A DNA stretch of 53,458 nucleotides from Ruminococcus sp. UBA1780 (GCA_002315235.1 DCGK01000095.1:1-53458); one strand, 5' to 3'. Counted from the stretch's first letter, positions 19,714-29,658 are shown. Program-made: numbers and translations. Notes: generated from the sequence alone by a model not told the origin.

Positions 19714-22032
19714 ATGGATAAGAATATCGGGGTTATTCTTGGCGACAGATATGAAGTAAAAAAACGTATCGGCGTCGGTGGGATGGCTGATGTATACAGA
19801 GCTTATGACAGTGTACAGGGTCGTGATGTTGCTGTAAAAATCCTTAAAAATGAATATACCAAAAACGATGAATTCCTTCAGCGTTTCAAGAATGAATCAA
19901 AGGCTGTTTCCATGCTTTCTCATCCTAATATCGTTAAGGTCATTGATGTCGGCTTTAACGAGGAGGTAAGATACATCGTCATGGAATATATTGACGGTAT
20001 CACCCTCAAGGAATACATGGAATCGCAGCAGAAGCTTGAGTGGAAGGAAGCATCGCATTTTATAATTCAGATTCTTCGTGCTCTGGGACTTGCCCATAAC
20101 AAGGGTATTATTCACAGGGATATAAAGCCTCAGAACATAATGATGTTTGAAGACGGTACGATAAAGGTCATGGATTTCGGCATAGCCAAATTTACCTATG
20201 AACTCGGAATTACCGCCACAGCCCAGACTATTGGTTCGGTTCACTACATAAGTCCTGAACAGGCCTGCGGAAGGCAGACTGACGGGTCAAGCGACATTTA
20301 TTCGGTAGGTATACTTCTCTATGAGATGCTTACCGGTAAGAAACCGTTTGATACGGAAAATCCGCTTTCAGTTGCTCTTATGCAGATGAACGATATTCCT
20401 GAGATGCCGAGAAGCATCAATCCGGAAATATCGGCCGGTCAGGAGGAAATAATCCTCAGGGCAATTGAAAAGGACCCTGCCGACAGATACCATACGGCAC
20501 AGGAAATGATCCGTGATATCGAGATGCTGAAGAACTACCCGGATATGACTTTCGGATACAGATTTTCAGGACTTCCCGAGAAAAATGATGAACCTGAAGA
20601 AATTCAGCCTGAGGAGCCTGAACAGTATTTTGAACCCGAGCCTGAGCCGGAAGAACCGGACCCGAGAGACTATGACCCGGATGAAGCAACGCCTAACTAT
20701 TACATAGACAGGAGAAAGCATGATGCTGAACTGAGACGAAAGGAAGCAGTTGCATCGCTCAGGGATGCAGAGACTGAAGTTGTCGGCAACGGACTGGGTA
20801 TGAAGCTGGCAACTATCGGTACGGTTATTGGTCTGATTGTTGTTGTTGCTGTCATAGCCGGTTTTGTTATGAAGCTGGTAAACGGAAGTCCGAAGGAAGA
20901 AACCACGTTTGCGATGCCTTCACTTGTTCAGTATGACTATGACGACATGGTAAAAAAATATTCAGGAAAGCTTGTTATTACTGTTGAAGGTGATCCAGTT
21001 TTTTCTGAATATGTTGCAAATACTATCGTCAGACAGAGTATAGACGAGGGACAGAAGGTAGAAAAGGGAACTGAAGTTTTTGTAAACATAAGCAGCGGAA
21101 AGCGCATCAGCGTTGTTCCTGATGTATCCGGATGCACATCCGGGGAGGCAAGTGACAGGATTACTGATGCCGGTTTTGGAGTGGTTTTCAAGACCCTGTT
21201 TAACGACAAGATCCCTTATGACAAGGTAATAAGAATTTCTCCTGAAGCCGGAACTGAGATGGAATCCGGCAAGTCCGTTACAGTTTATGTCAGCAAGGGC
21301 AATCAGGATGATTCAAAGATTCTTCCTAATGTAACAGGAAAGAAAAAGGATGAAGCAGTAAAGATTCTCAGCGAAGCCGGCTATAAGTCAGTTGAGTTTG
21401 AAGAGAAGGATGACAAGGCACCTGAGGGTGAGGTAATCAGTCAGAACTTCCCTGGAGATACACTTGTAAATCCTAAGGAAAAAATTATATTAATCGTAAG
21501 TACAGGAAAGGAGCCGACAGAGGTTGTGCCTCTTCATCTTACTTTCCCTGAAGGAGCTTACGGTGTATGTACCTTCAGAATTTATATTGACAATGAGCTT
21601 GCTGAAGCTGTTGAGGATATCAATATAGACGGAGTTACTGATTTCACGATTGACGTTACGGGTTCCGAAAAGAAAACGGTACGTGCTGAAATCATGAATA
21701 TATTCAACGGAGGTACGGCAGATATCGGTACATACAAGTTCGATTTCAAGGAAAAGAAATATGAAACTGTAAAGGAAAATATGAAGGAAGCTCTTGAGAA
21801 GATCGGTTCTGTAAGAATTGAGGAAACAACTCCTGCAACACCGTCTCCGACTCCGACACCATCTCCTGCACCGACACATGCACCAACATCTGCTCCTGTT
21901 CACACTCCGACACAGCAGCCTGAACCGACTGCACCGGAGCCGACAGAAGCACCGGCTGTTCCGACAGAACCGGAACAGAATGAAACTCCTCCTGCTGATT
22001 CAAATGCAGAGGAACCGGGTATTTCAGAATAA
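19714..22032 (+). CDS. PASTA-domain Ser/Thr kinase, copy 2 (PrkC paralog)
   Basis: GVGGMADVY, HRDIKPQN, DFG, GSVHYISPEQ; TM; three PASTA-like repeats; Pro/Thr/Glu tail. Confidence 0.92.
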   Translation: MDKNIGVILGDRYEVKKRIGVGGMADVYRAYDSVQGRDVAVKILKNEYTKNDEFLQRFKNESKAVSMLSHPNIVKVIDVGFNEEVRYIVMEYIDGITLKEYMESQQKLEWKEASHFIIQILRALGLAHNKGIIHRDIKPQNIMMFEDGTIKVMDFGIAKFTYELGITATAQTIGSVHYISPEQACGRQTDGSSDIYSVGILLYEMLTGKKPFDTENPLSVALMQMNDIPEMPRSINPEISAGQEEIILRAIEKDPADRYHTAQEMIRDIEMLKNYPDMTFGYRFSGLPEKNDEPEEIQPEEPEQYFEPEPEPEEPDPRDYDPDEATPNYYIDRRKHDAELRRKEAVASLRDAETEVVGNGLGMKLATIGTVIGLIVVVAVIAGFVMKLVNGSPKEETTFAMPSLVQYDYDDMVKKYSGKLVITVEGDPVFSEYVANTIVRQSIDEGQKVEKGTEVFVNISSGKRISVVPDVSGCTSGEASDRITDAGFGVVFKTLFNDKIPYDKVIRISPEAGTEMESGKSVTVYVSKGNQDDSKILPNVTGKKKDEAVKILSEAGYKSVEFEEKDDKAPEGEVISQNFPGDTLVNPKEKIILIVSTGKEPTEVVPLHLTFPEGAYGVCTFRIYIDNELAEAVEDINIDGVTDFTIDVTGSEKKTVRAEIMNIFNGGTADIGTYKFDFKEKKYETVKENMKEALEKIGSVRIEETTPATPSPTPTPSPAPTHAPTSAPVHTPTQQPEPTAPEPTEAPAVPTEPEQNETPPADSNAEEPGISE

Positions 22033-22038
22033 AACCAG

Positions 22039-22075
22039 TATAGTGAACGTCAGAATCATTTTGATGTTCACTATA
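22039..22075. repeat. 37-bp palindromic element, also likely terminator
   Basis: TATAGTGAAC...GTTCACTATA followed by T run; same length and ends as element at 48256-48292. Confidence 0.7.
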
Positions 22076-22083
22076 TTTTTCTG

Positions 22084-22112
22084 TTGATAAAAAATGAGAT
22101 TTATAGTACAAT
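22084..22112 (+). promoter_or_regulatory. SigA promoter
   Basis: TTGATA-17bp-TACAAT. Confidence 0.55.
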
Positions 22113-22155
22113 TATAATATTAGCGTAAATGCAGATTTGTACGGAGGTAAGAATT

Positions 22156-24012
22156 TTGCTCAGGGATAAAATAGAAAAGCTGCTTCTTAAGGTTCAGAAA
22201 CCGTCAAGATATATCGGCGGCGAGCACGGAAGCGTAATGAAAGACAAGGATAAGGTGGATGTACGATTCGCCTTCTGTTTCCCGGACAGCTATGATATAG
22301 GCATGTCCCATCTGGGAATGAAAATACTTTATTCGCTGATAAATTCAAGAGAGAACTACTGGTGTGAAAGAGTATTTGCTCCGTGGCTTGATTTTGAAGA
22401 GCTGATGGTGGAAAATGATATTCCGCTGTATGCGCTTGAGAGTCTTGATCCGGTTAAGGATTTTGATTTTATAGGATTTACAATGCAGTATGAACTGTCA
22501 TACTCAAATCTTCTCAACATGCTTTCTCTTGCGGGAGTCCCGATATGGCAGAAGGACAGGGGGGACAGCCTTGCACCGATTGTTGTTGCAGGCGGACCGT
22601 GTGTGTGCAATCCTGAACCGTTTGCTGATTTCTGCGACATCATTTCCCTCGGTGAAGGTGAGGAAGTTACACTTGAGATGATGGATCTCTATAATGAGAT
22701 GAAGAAAAAGGGTTCAACACGACACGAATTTCTCGTTGCTGCATCAAAGATAGAAGGTCTTTATGTTCCGTCACTTTATGATGCCGAATACAACGAAGAC
22801 GGTACTATAAAGCAGTATGTTCCGAAGGAAGGTGCTCCTGCGGTAATCAGAAAGAGAATTATCCGTGATCTTGACAGCGTGTTCTATCCGGATGATTTTG
22901 TTGTTCCCTTCTCGGATATAGTTCATAACAGAGCTGCTGTGGAAGTCCTCAGAGGATGTATACGAGGCTGCAGATTCTGTCAGGCTGGTTTTATATACAG
23001 ACCTTTCCGTGAGAAGACTACGGAAAGAGTATGCAGTCAGGCAAAGTGTCTCTGTGAAAACACAGGCTATGAGGAGCTTTCGCTTCTGTCACTCAGTACA
23101 AGTGACCATTCAGATATCGGCGGGATATTTACCGAGCTTCTGGAATATACCGAAGATGAGCATATAAACATGTCTCTGCCTTCACTCCGTGTTGACAATT
23201 TTTCAGATGAACTTCTTGAAAAAATCAAAAGGGTAAGAACAAGCGGACTTACTTTTGCACCGGAGGCCGGAACACAGCGACTCCGTGATGTAATAAACAA
23301 AAATGTTTCCGAAGAGGAAATCATGTCCACATGCCGCATAGCCTTTGAGGGCGGATATACAAAGGTTAAGCTTTACTTCATGATGGGTCTTCCTACAGAA
23401 ACGGATGAGGATATTGTCGGTATTGCGGAAACCGCACAGCGAATAGTTGACCTTTTCTACTCGCTTCCGGACAGACCAAAGGGTTCTCCTTCTGTTTCGA
23501 TAAGTGTTGCCACCTTCGTACCAAAGCCGTTTACTCCGTTTGAGTTTGAACCGCAGATTTCATACGACGAGATAAAACGACGTCAGAAGCTTCTGGTTGA
23601 CAGCATTACTTCAAAGAAAATCAAGGCAAGCTGGCACGATCCTGAGATCAGTATCCTTGAGGAAATACTTGCAAAGGGCGACAGAAGAATTGCTCCTGCT
23701 ATGTATGAGGCGTGGAAGAGCGGCTGCAAGTTTGACAGCTGGGGCGAAACATATGATTTTGGAAAATGGATGGCTGCATTTGAAAAATGCGGCATTGATG
23801 TCGGCTTCTACGTTAACAGGGAGAGAAGCTATGACGAGGTATTCCCGTGGGATCACCTTGATTACTTCGTGACAAAGGAATTCCTTGCAAGAGAAAACAA
23901 AAAGGCAAAACAGAATCTTACAACTCCTCACTGCCGTCTGAAGTGTTCCGGCTGCGGAGTAAACAAAAAAGCCGGAGGTGAATGTTTTGAAAAAACTACG
24001 TGCCAGATTTAA
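22156..24012 (+). CDS. TIGR03960-like B12-binding radical SAM protein
   Basis: KPSRYIGGE, FPDSYDIGMSHLG, RGCIRGCRFCQAG, TFAPEAG; TTG start after GGAGGT. Confidence 0.88.
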   Translation: MLRDKIEKLLLKVQKPSRYIGGEHGSVMKDKDKVDVRFAFCFPDSYDIGMSHLGMKILYSLINSRENYWCERVFAPWLDFEELMVENDIPLYALESLDPVKDFDFIGFTMQYELSYSNLLNMLSLAGVPIWQKDRGDSLAPIVVAGGPCVCNPEPFADFCDIISLGEGEEVTLEMMDLYNEMKKKGSTRHEFLVAASKIEGLYVPSLYDAEYNEDGTIKQYVPKEGAPAVIRKRIIRDLDSVFYPDDFVVPFSDIVHNRAAVEVLRGCIRGCRFCQAGFIYRPFREKTTERVCSQAKCLCENTGYEELSLLSLSTSDHSDIGGIFTELLEYTEDEHINMSLPSLRVDNFSDELLEKIKRVRTSGLTFAPEAGTQRLRDVINKNVSEEEIMSTCRIAFEGGYTKVKLYFMMGLPTETDEDIVGIAETAQRIVDLFYSLPDRPKGSPSVSISVATFVPKPFTPFEFEPQISYDEIKRRQKLLVDSITSKKIKASWHDPEISILEEILAKGDRRIAPAMYEAWKSGCKFDSWGETYDFGKWMAAFEKCGIDVGFYVNRERSYDEVFPWDHLDYFVTKEFLARENKKAKQNLTTPHCRLKCSGCGVNKKAGGECFEKTTCQI

Positions 24013-24643
24013 GAAAAAGGACAGAGCCAAATATATTTCACACCTTGATCTGTACAGATTTATGCAGAGAACATTCAAACGTGCCGGTATTTCGGTATGG
24101 TATACGCAGGGATTCAATCCGCATCTTTATATCATGTTCCCGCTTCCGCTCTCACTCGGATATGAGAGTGACTGTGAGATAATGGATTTTAACATTAACG
24201 ATGATACTCTGGCTCCTGAAACAGTCATGGAGAAGCTTAACGAGGCAATGCCTGCAGGTATAGAAATTACTGAGGTTTACGAGCCTGAGATGAAGCACAC
24301 CGAAATTGAATTTTCACATTATGATATTCTGCTTACAGGTGCGCCTGAGATTAATGCAGAAAATTTCGGAAGGTTTTTCAGTCAGGACCGGATTGTTATT
24401 CAGAAGAAGACGAAGCAGAAGACAATGAAGGATGTTGATATAAAACCTTTTGCAGAAATTTCAGAATGCTCCGATACGGACAGGGGACTTCATATTTTGA
24501 TGAAAATGCCGTCAGGAAGCAATGCGAGCTATAATCCTTCACTGCTTCTGGGTGCATTTTATAAATTTGCCGGAGCAGAGGCTGAGTTTGCCTATGTAAA
24601 CAGAACCCGAATAGTTACCGGTGACGGAAGGGATTTCAGATAA
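23987..24643 (+). CDS. TIGR03936-like radical SAM-associated protein
   Basis: KYISHLDL, YTQGFNPH, PLSLGYES; usual partner of the upstream gene; TTG start after GGAGGTG. Confidence 0.88.
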   Translation: MKKLRARFKKKDRAKYISHLDLYRFMQRTFKRAGISVWYTQGFNPHLYIMFPLPLSLGYESDCEIMDFNINDDTLAPETVMEKLNEAMPAGIEITEVYEPEMKHTEIEFSHYDILLTGAPEINAENFGRFFSQDRIVIQKKTKQKTMKDVDIKPFAEISECSDTDRGLHILMKMPSGSNASYNPSLLLGAFYKFAGAEAEFAYVNRTRIVTGDGRDFR

Positions 24644-24663
24644 GAAGGGATTGTCAGATTGTT

Positions 24664-25788
24664 ATGTTGATGAAGATAAGAAAGATTTGCACAGCCGTTT
24701 TTTCACTGATTATGGCTGTTTCAATGGTTTCATGCAGCGTCGGCTCAGAGCCGTCAGTGAAGCCTGATTCCGGCAGCGCTGCCGTGTCAGGGAAAAAGGA
24801 TGATAACAGGAATGACGATGTAAAGGGTGATGATGAAGATTCATCAGAGGAAAACGAGGAAACTGATCCTTCGTCAGAAGCGCACAATCCTCTGACCGGT
24901 GAATACGGTTATAATCCTCAGGCTCAGGGCAAAAGGCCTGTCGCTGTAATGATAAACAATATCAGCCAGAGCCTTCCGCAGTACGGTATTTCATCTGCTG
25001 ACTATATCTATGAAATGGTTGTTGAAGGCGGCATTACAAGACTTATGGCTGTATTTGCCGATTACACAAATGTTCCTGATCTGTGTTCGGTAAGAAGCTG
25101 CCGTTATTATTATCCTCTGGTTGCAAACGGACTTGATGCAGTCTACTGTCACTGGGGAATGGATATGACCATAGCCAGAGACACGCTTGACAGACTGGGT
25201 ATTGACAGGTTTGACGGAAGTGACAATCAGACACTTTTCTATAATGATGAAGAGCGTCTTAAGACCTACGCAAGGGAGCATACCGGATGCCTTAAGGGAA
25301 GCAGATTTGCAGAATCAATAGAAAAGGCAGGATTTCGTACTGAAGCCTCAAACGGCGGAGCTGACATGATGAAATTTGCTGAGGGTACGGAGTTTGCGGA
25401 CATAAAGGGTGAACCGTGCGAACAGGTGGATATAAAGTTTTCTGCCGCATATTACAGCACATTTACCTATGATAAGGAAACCAGGACATATCTGAAGCAG
25501 CATTCAGGTTCTCCGCATATGGACGGCGCATCCGGCAAACAGCTTGCTTTTACAAATGTATTTGCGCTTAAGACAAGTATTTATATGCGTGATGACGGCT
25601 ACCGTATGAACGTTGAACTTGAAGGCGGTGACGGATATTATTTCTCAGGCGGAAAGGTTCAGAAAATCAGATGGGAAAAGGCAGACGACAGCAGTAATTT
25701 CAGATTTACTGACTATGAAACAGCTGAAGAAATCACTGTCAACAGAGGTAAGTGCTATATAGGGCTTACTGACAGTGTTTCCTTCTGA
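24664..25788 (+). CDS. DUF3048-like lipoprotein
   Basis: Lipobox MVSC; NPLTG, RPVAVMINN, PQYGISSAD, EGGITRLMA, SVRSCR. Confidence 0.8.
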   Translation: MLMKIRKICTAVFSLIMAVSMVSCSVGSEPSVKPDSGSAAVSGKKDDNRNDDVKGDDEDSSEENEETDPSSEAHNPLTGEYGYNPQAQGKRPVAVMINNISQSLPQYGISSADYIYEMVVEGGITRLMAVFADYTNVPDLCSVRSCRYYYPLVANGLDAVYCHWGMDMTIARDTLDRLGIDRFDGSDNQTLFYNDEERLKTYAREHTGCLKGSRFAESIEKAGFRTEASNGGADMMKFAEGTEFADIKGEPCEQVDIKFSAAYYSTFTYDKETRTYLKQHSGSPHMDGASGKQLAFTNVFALKTSIYMRDDGYRMNVELEGGDGYYFSGGKVQKIRWEKADDSSNFRFTDYETAEEITVNRGKCYIGLTDSVSF

Positions 25789-25862
25789 GTACAGGGAAAA
25801 ATTATACTTTAAGGAAATACTGCCAGTTAAAAAAACAGAGCTTAAAGAAAGAAGGGGATAAT

Positions 25863-26105
25863 ATGAGACTTATTATTTCACTGATTTGCGGTGCAGTAAT
25901 CGGTTCAGTTGCCGGAAAACTTATGGATAACGGACATAAGGGATTCTGGAAAAATGCATTTTTGGGTATTCTCGGCGGATTTGTCGGAGGATGGCTTGGT
26001 TCATTTCTTAACGTTGCGGACGGAAAACTTGCAAACTTTATTCTTTCAGTTGCCGGTTCGTGTATTGTGATATGGATTGGCCGAATGATTAAGGGTAAGC
26101 AGTAA
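25863..26105 (+). CDS. GlsB/YeaQ/YmgE family small membrane protein
   Basis: 80 aa, three hydrophobic Gly-rich helices, LGILGGFVGGWL, SVAGSCIVIW. Confidence 0.85.
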   Translation: MRLIISLICGAVIGSVAGKLMDNGHKGFWKNAFLGILGGFVGGWLGSFLNVADGKLANFILSVAGSCIVIWIGRMIKGKQ

Positions 26106-26123
26106 AAGAAAAAGTGGCAAAAA

Positions 26124-26336
26124 ATGGAACTAAGAAAAATATTATCAGGTACAGCTGCGTTCACTATGGCTTTTTCATTTTTTTCGGGTATACAGGTAAG
26201 TGCCGGGGAAACGGTAACACTTGATCAGAAGATAATTAACCAGATCTATGACCGAAATTCAGACGGAGTTATCAGCATAACTGACGTGATTCTGCTGAAG
26301 GAAAAGATTATTTCTGCGGCGGAACAAATATCGTAA
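26124..26336 (+). CDS. Small secreted protein with a single dockerin repeat
   Basis: Signal peptide ending VSA, then DRNSDGVISITDVILLK EF-hand-like dockerin loop-helix. Confidence 0.7.
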   Translation: MELRKILSGTAAFTMAFSFFSGIQVSAGETVTLDQKIINQIYDRNSDGVISITDVILLKEKIISAAEQIS

Positions 26337-26382
26337 AAAAACAACCCTGAAGCTCGTTATACGGGCTTTGGGGTTGTTTTTT
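26335..26382. terminator. Bidirectional terminator
   Basis: A-run ACAACCCTGAAGCTCG / CGGGCTTTGGGGTTGT T-run between convergent genes. Confidence 0.8.
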
Positions 26383-26392
26383 CATTTTTTAT

Positions 26393-26977
26393 TTATTTTG
26401 CATCAAATCCCTGAATGCCATGTTCAATAAGGCAGAAGGCAGTGTCGGCCATTTTTTCCGGAGTTCCGATTGAAATGTCCTGAAGCCAGGTTTCAGTTAT
26501 TCCAAGAATACCTGCAATCATAAAGCTTGTTGTAAGATGGATAACATTTTCTTCTACCTTTTCACCGAGACTTGTTTTAATTATTTCAAATGTTTTACTG
26601 TAAATAATTCCTCTGAGTTTTCTCTGGAAGCTGACATCACCGTTGCTGCTGAGAAGTACGGAACAGAGTTCAGCGTTTGAATATATGGTTTCGAAGGTAT
26701 CATTAAGAAAATCGATAAGGATGTTCTGCGTGATATGATTCTGGTTGAGCTCTTCGAGGGTACTGATAAGATTTGCAGCAAGGTCATTTTCAATCTTTTC
26801 AACCATGTCAAAAATGTCCCTGTAGTGAAGATAGAAGGTTGAGCGGTTGATATCAACCTCGTCTGCAAGCTCCCGTACTGTGATATCCTTGATGTTCTTT
26901 GTTTTCATGAGCTTTGTAAGTCCCCTTACAAGCTGCTCTTCAGTTTTTCTTACTCGTCTGTCCTGCGGGTTTACCAT
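26393..26977 (-). CDS. TetR/AcrR family regulator
   Basis: DRRVRKT..ITVRELADEVDINRSTFYLHYRDIFD HTH; ATG at 26977. Confidence 0.92.
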   Translation of the reverse strand: MVNPQDRRVRKTEEQLVRGLTKLMKTKNIKDITVRELADEVDINRSTFYLHYRDIFDMVEKIENDLAANLISTLEELNQNHITQNILIDFLNDTFETIYSNAELCSVLLSSNGDVSFQRKLRGIIYSKTFEIIKTSLGEKVEENVIHLTTSFMIAGILGITETWLQDISIGTPEKMADTAFCLIEHGIQGFDAK

Positions 26978-27059
26978 ATTAAATCCTGTCCTTTCGTGCA
27001 AAAATAAACACATATCTGATTTGTGATGTTTAGAAGACATATGTTACACAAATTAATGG

Positions 27060-27088
27060 TTGAATCTTCTATCTACCAATAGTATAAT
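27060..27088 (+). promoter_or_regulatory. SigA promoter for YhgE/Pip gene
   Basis: TTGAAT-17bp-TATAAT. Confidence 0.65.
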
Positions 27089-27187
27089 ATAAACAGAAGA
27101 AAAAATCAACACTTTTCTATTAATAGATAAAAATTTGTTTTCAGACAGGTGTTTAGCTTCTTATCCGTTGGAAAGGGGAAATTGTTT

Positions 27188-29503
27188 ATGGAAAAAACAG
27201 AGAAGAAGGAAAATTTTTTAAAACGGCATTTCAAAACGATTGCAGCGGTGGGAATTATCACAATACCGACAATCTACACATCATTTTTCCTGGGTTCAAT
27301 GTGGGACCCGTACGGAAAGGTAAGCAGTCTTCCGGTTGCTGTTGTGAACAATGACAGACCGGTTATATACAACAATGACGTGATTGACGTGGGAGAAAGA
27401 CTGGTGGAAAAGCTTGAGGACAACGATGCACTGGCATTTAATTTTGTCGACGGTGAGGTTGCCGAAAAGGGACTTGAAAACGGAACCTATTATATGGTGA
27501 TTACTATACCGGAAAATTTTTCTGAAAATGCGGTAACAGTACTTGATGATGAACCGAAAAAAATGGTGCTTAACTACAGCGTAAATCCCGGAACAAACTA
27601 TATTGCCTCAAAAATGAGCGAGAGTGCAATGGTTAAGCTTCAGAAGAGCGTTGAGGAAAGCGTTGTGGAGGAATACACAAATACGGTTTTTGAAAAACTC
27701 AGCACAATAGGCAGCGGAATGGATGAGGCGGCTGAGGGAGCCGGAAAGCTTAAGGACGGTTCAGGAAAAATTTCAGAAGGAACCGATACTATCAGGGATA
27801 ACCTCAGAACACTGGCTGAAAGCACAGTTTCTTTTGAAGAGGGAGCTTCAGCGCTGAGAGACGGCATAAAGGAATACACTGACGGAGTGAGCAGTGTAAA
27901 TGACGGTGCTTCAAAGCTTTCATCCGGTGCTGATGCGCTTAAGTCCGGTGCGGGAACACTTTCAGACGGTGCATCAAAGCTTTCAGAAGGAATAAAAAAT
28001 TACACTGACGGTGTTTCTTCAGTAAATGATGGTGCTTCTGCACTTTCAGACGGAGCATCACAGCTGAAAAGCGGAAGCCAGTCTCTTCTGAACGGACTTA
28101 ACACGCTTTCCGGAGCAATAGACAACAGCCTCAGTGAGGAAAATATAAATAATATTCACACGGTTCAGAGCGGCCTTACAAGTCTGAATGAGGGAATTCA
28201 GGAGCTTAATACAGCGATTGTTAATGCCGAGGCAGCGGGTATGGATCCGGCGGCAATTGAAGCGGTTATGAAATCAAACATTGCAGCTATAGCAGCAAAT
28301 TCAGAAAAGCTTCTTCCGGCAGCAAATGCGGCAGTAGACTCTCTTTCCGGAGGTCTGCAGACAGTACAGAATGCACTTGAAAGACAGGGGACAACGCCTG
28401 AAACCATCGGAATAATTCAGGGAGCCCAGGCACTTGATGCCGGAATTAAACAGGTCAGTCAGGGAAGCGGTACTCTGTACGAGGGAACAAAGCAGCTTAT
28501 GTCAAACAGCAGTACACTTAAGGACGGAGCGGCAGCATTAAGCAGCGGCGCAGCATCACTTGCAAGTGGTGCAGAGGAGCTGAGAAACGGAGCGGATACA
28601 CTTAAGACAGGCACAGGTAAGCTTGTGTCAAACAATGAAAAGCTTGTCAGCGGCTCTGACGAGCTTTATGACGGTTCCGCAAAAATTGCTGACGGCTCAT
28701 CAAAGCTTTATGACGGTTCTGAGGAGCTTTCTGACGGCGTTAATGAACTTTACGACGGCTGCGGAACGCTTGAATCATCACTGGCTGACGGAGCATCTGA
28801 AATAAACGACACAAATAAAAATGACACTAATGCCAAAATGTTTGCTGCACCTGTTGAAATCGAGGAAACAATTCTTACAAATCCGAAAAACAACGGTCAG
28901 GCAATGGCGGCATATATGATGTCGGTAGGCCTCTGGGTAGGATGCCTTGCATACTGTATCATGTTCAGCCCTGAGGAAGCAATTGAAGAAAAGAAGGTAA
29001 GCAGGAAAAATGCTGTTCATTACTGGATTCAGGAAATGACAAAGGTTCTTCTGATGGCAGCAGTTCAGGCGGTTATCATGGTGTTTGCTCTTTCAGGAGC
29101 TCTCGGATTTGAACCGGCAAATGCAATGAGAACAGTTTCGGTTGCATGTATGAGTTCGATGGCATTTATGATGCTTTTCTATTTCTTCAACATTCTCATG
29201 GGCAAAATAGGCAGCTTCCTTCTTCTTGTATTCATGGTTCTGCAGCTCAGCGGTGCGGCAGGTACATATCCGATTGAACTTTCAGACAGCTTTTATCAGA
29301 AAATTCATCCGTTTATGCCTTTCACATATACGGTTAATGCCTTCAGAAGCACAATCGCAAGCGGGCTGAATATTTCAACAGAAATAAAGATTCTCTGTGG
29401 AATATTCATTGTTTTCCTCGGACTTAATCTCGCAGCTGTTGTTTTAAAATCATCACCTGAAGAAACAGCAGGAAAAACCGGCAATATTGAATGTACTGAA
29501 TAA
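27188..29503 (+). CDS. YhgE/Pip-domain membrane protein
   Basis: IPTIY..SMWDPYG..LPVAVVNND, YYMVITIPENFS, x3-L-x2-G heptad repeats, C-terminal TMs with QLSGAAGTYPIELS. Confidence 0.92.
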   Translation: MEKTEKKENFLKRHFKTIAAVGIITIPTIYTSFFLGSMWDPYGKVSSLPVAVVNNDRPVIYNNDVIDVGERLVEKLEDNDALAFNFVDGEVAEKGLENGTYYMVITIPENFSENAVTVLDDEPKKMVLNYSVNPGTNYIASKMSESAMVKLQKSVEESVVEEYTNTVFEKLSTIGSGMDEAAEGAGKLKDGSGKISEGTDTIRDNLRTLAESTVSFEEGASALRDGIKEYTDGVSSVNDGASKLSSGADALKSGAGTLSDGASKLSEGIKNYTDGVSSVNDGASALSDGASQLKSGSQSLLNGLNTLSGAIDNSLSEENINNIHTVQSGLTSLNEGIQELNTAIVNAEAAGMDPAAIEAVMKSNIAAIAANSEKLLPAANAAVDSLSGGLQTVQNALERQGTTPETIGIIQGAQALDAGIKQVSQGSGTLYEGTKQLMSNSSTLKDGAAALSSGAASLASGAEELRNGADTLKTGTGKLVSNNEKLVSGSDELYDGSAKIADGSSKLYDGSEELSDGVNELYDGCGTLESSLADGASEINDTNKNDTNAKMFAAPVEIEETILTNPKNNGQAMAAYMMSVGLWVGCLAYCIMFSPEEAIEEKKVSRKNAVHYWIQEMTKVLLMAAVQAVIMVFALSGALGFEPANAMRTVSVACMSSMAFMMLFYFFNILMGKIGSFLLLVFMVLQLSGAAGTYPIELSDSFYQKIHPFMPFTYTVNAFRSTIASGLNISTEIKILCGIFIVFLGLNLAAVVLKSSPEETAGKTGNIECTE

Positions 29504-29511
29504 TCATGCCT

Positions 29512-29555
29512 GAAACGGCAGCAGACATCCTGGTTATGGTGTCAGCTGCCGTTTC
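29512..29555 (+). terminator. Hairpin after YhgE/Pip gene
   Basis: GAAACGGCAGC..GAC / GTC.GCTGCCGTTTC; weak U tract. Confidence 0.5.
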
Positions 29556-29616
29556 CGTGCAATGATGAGGAACGGAAGTGCGGGAAGGTTAACGAAATAT
29601 TTTTTTAAAAATACAC

Positions 29617-29645
29617 TTGACAATGTAAACTGAATAGTGTATAAT
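29617..29645 (+). promoter_or_regulatory. SigA promoter of infC operon
   Basis: Perfect TTGACA-17bp-TATAAT. Confidence 0.9.
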
Positions 29646-29658
29646 AATTTAGTAAAAC

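Noticed and set aside
27720-28800. Repeated GACGGTGC/GACGGA units in the YhgE/Pip gene as a novel repeat
   Set aside because: Expected x3-L-x2-G heptad repeats of this family
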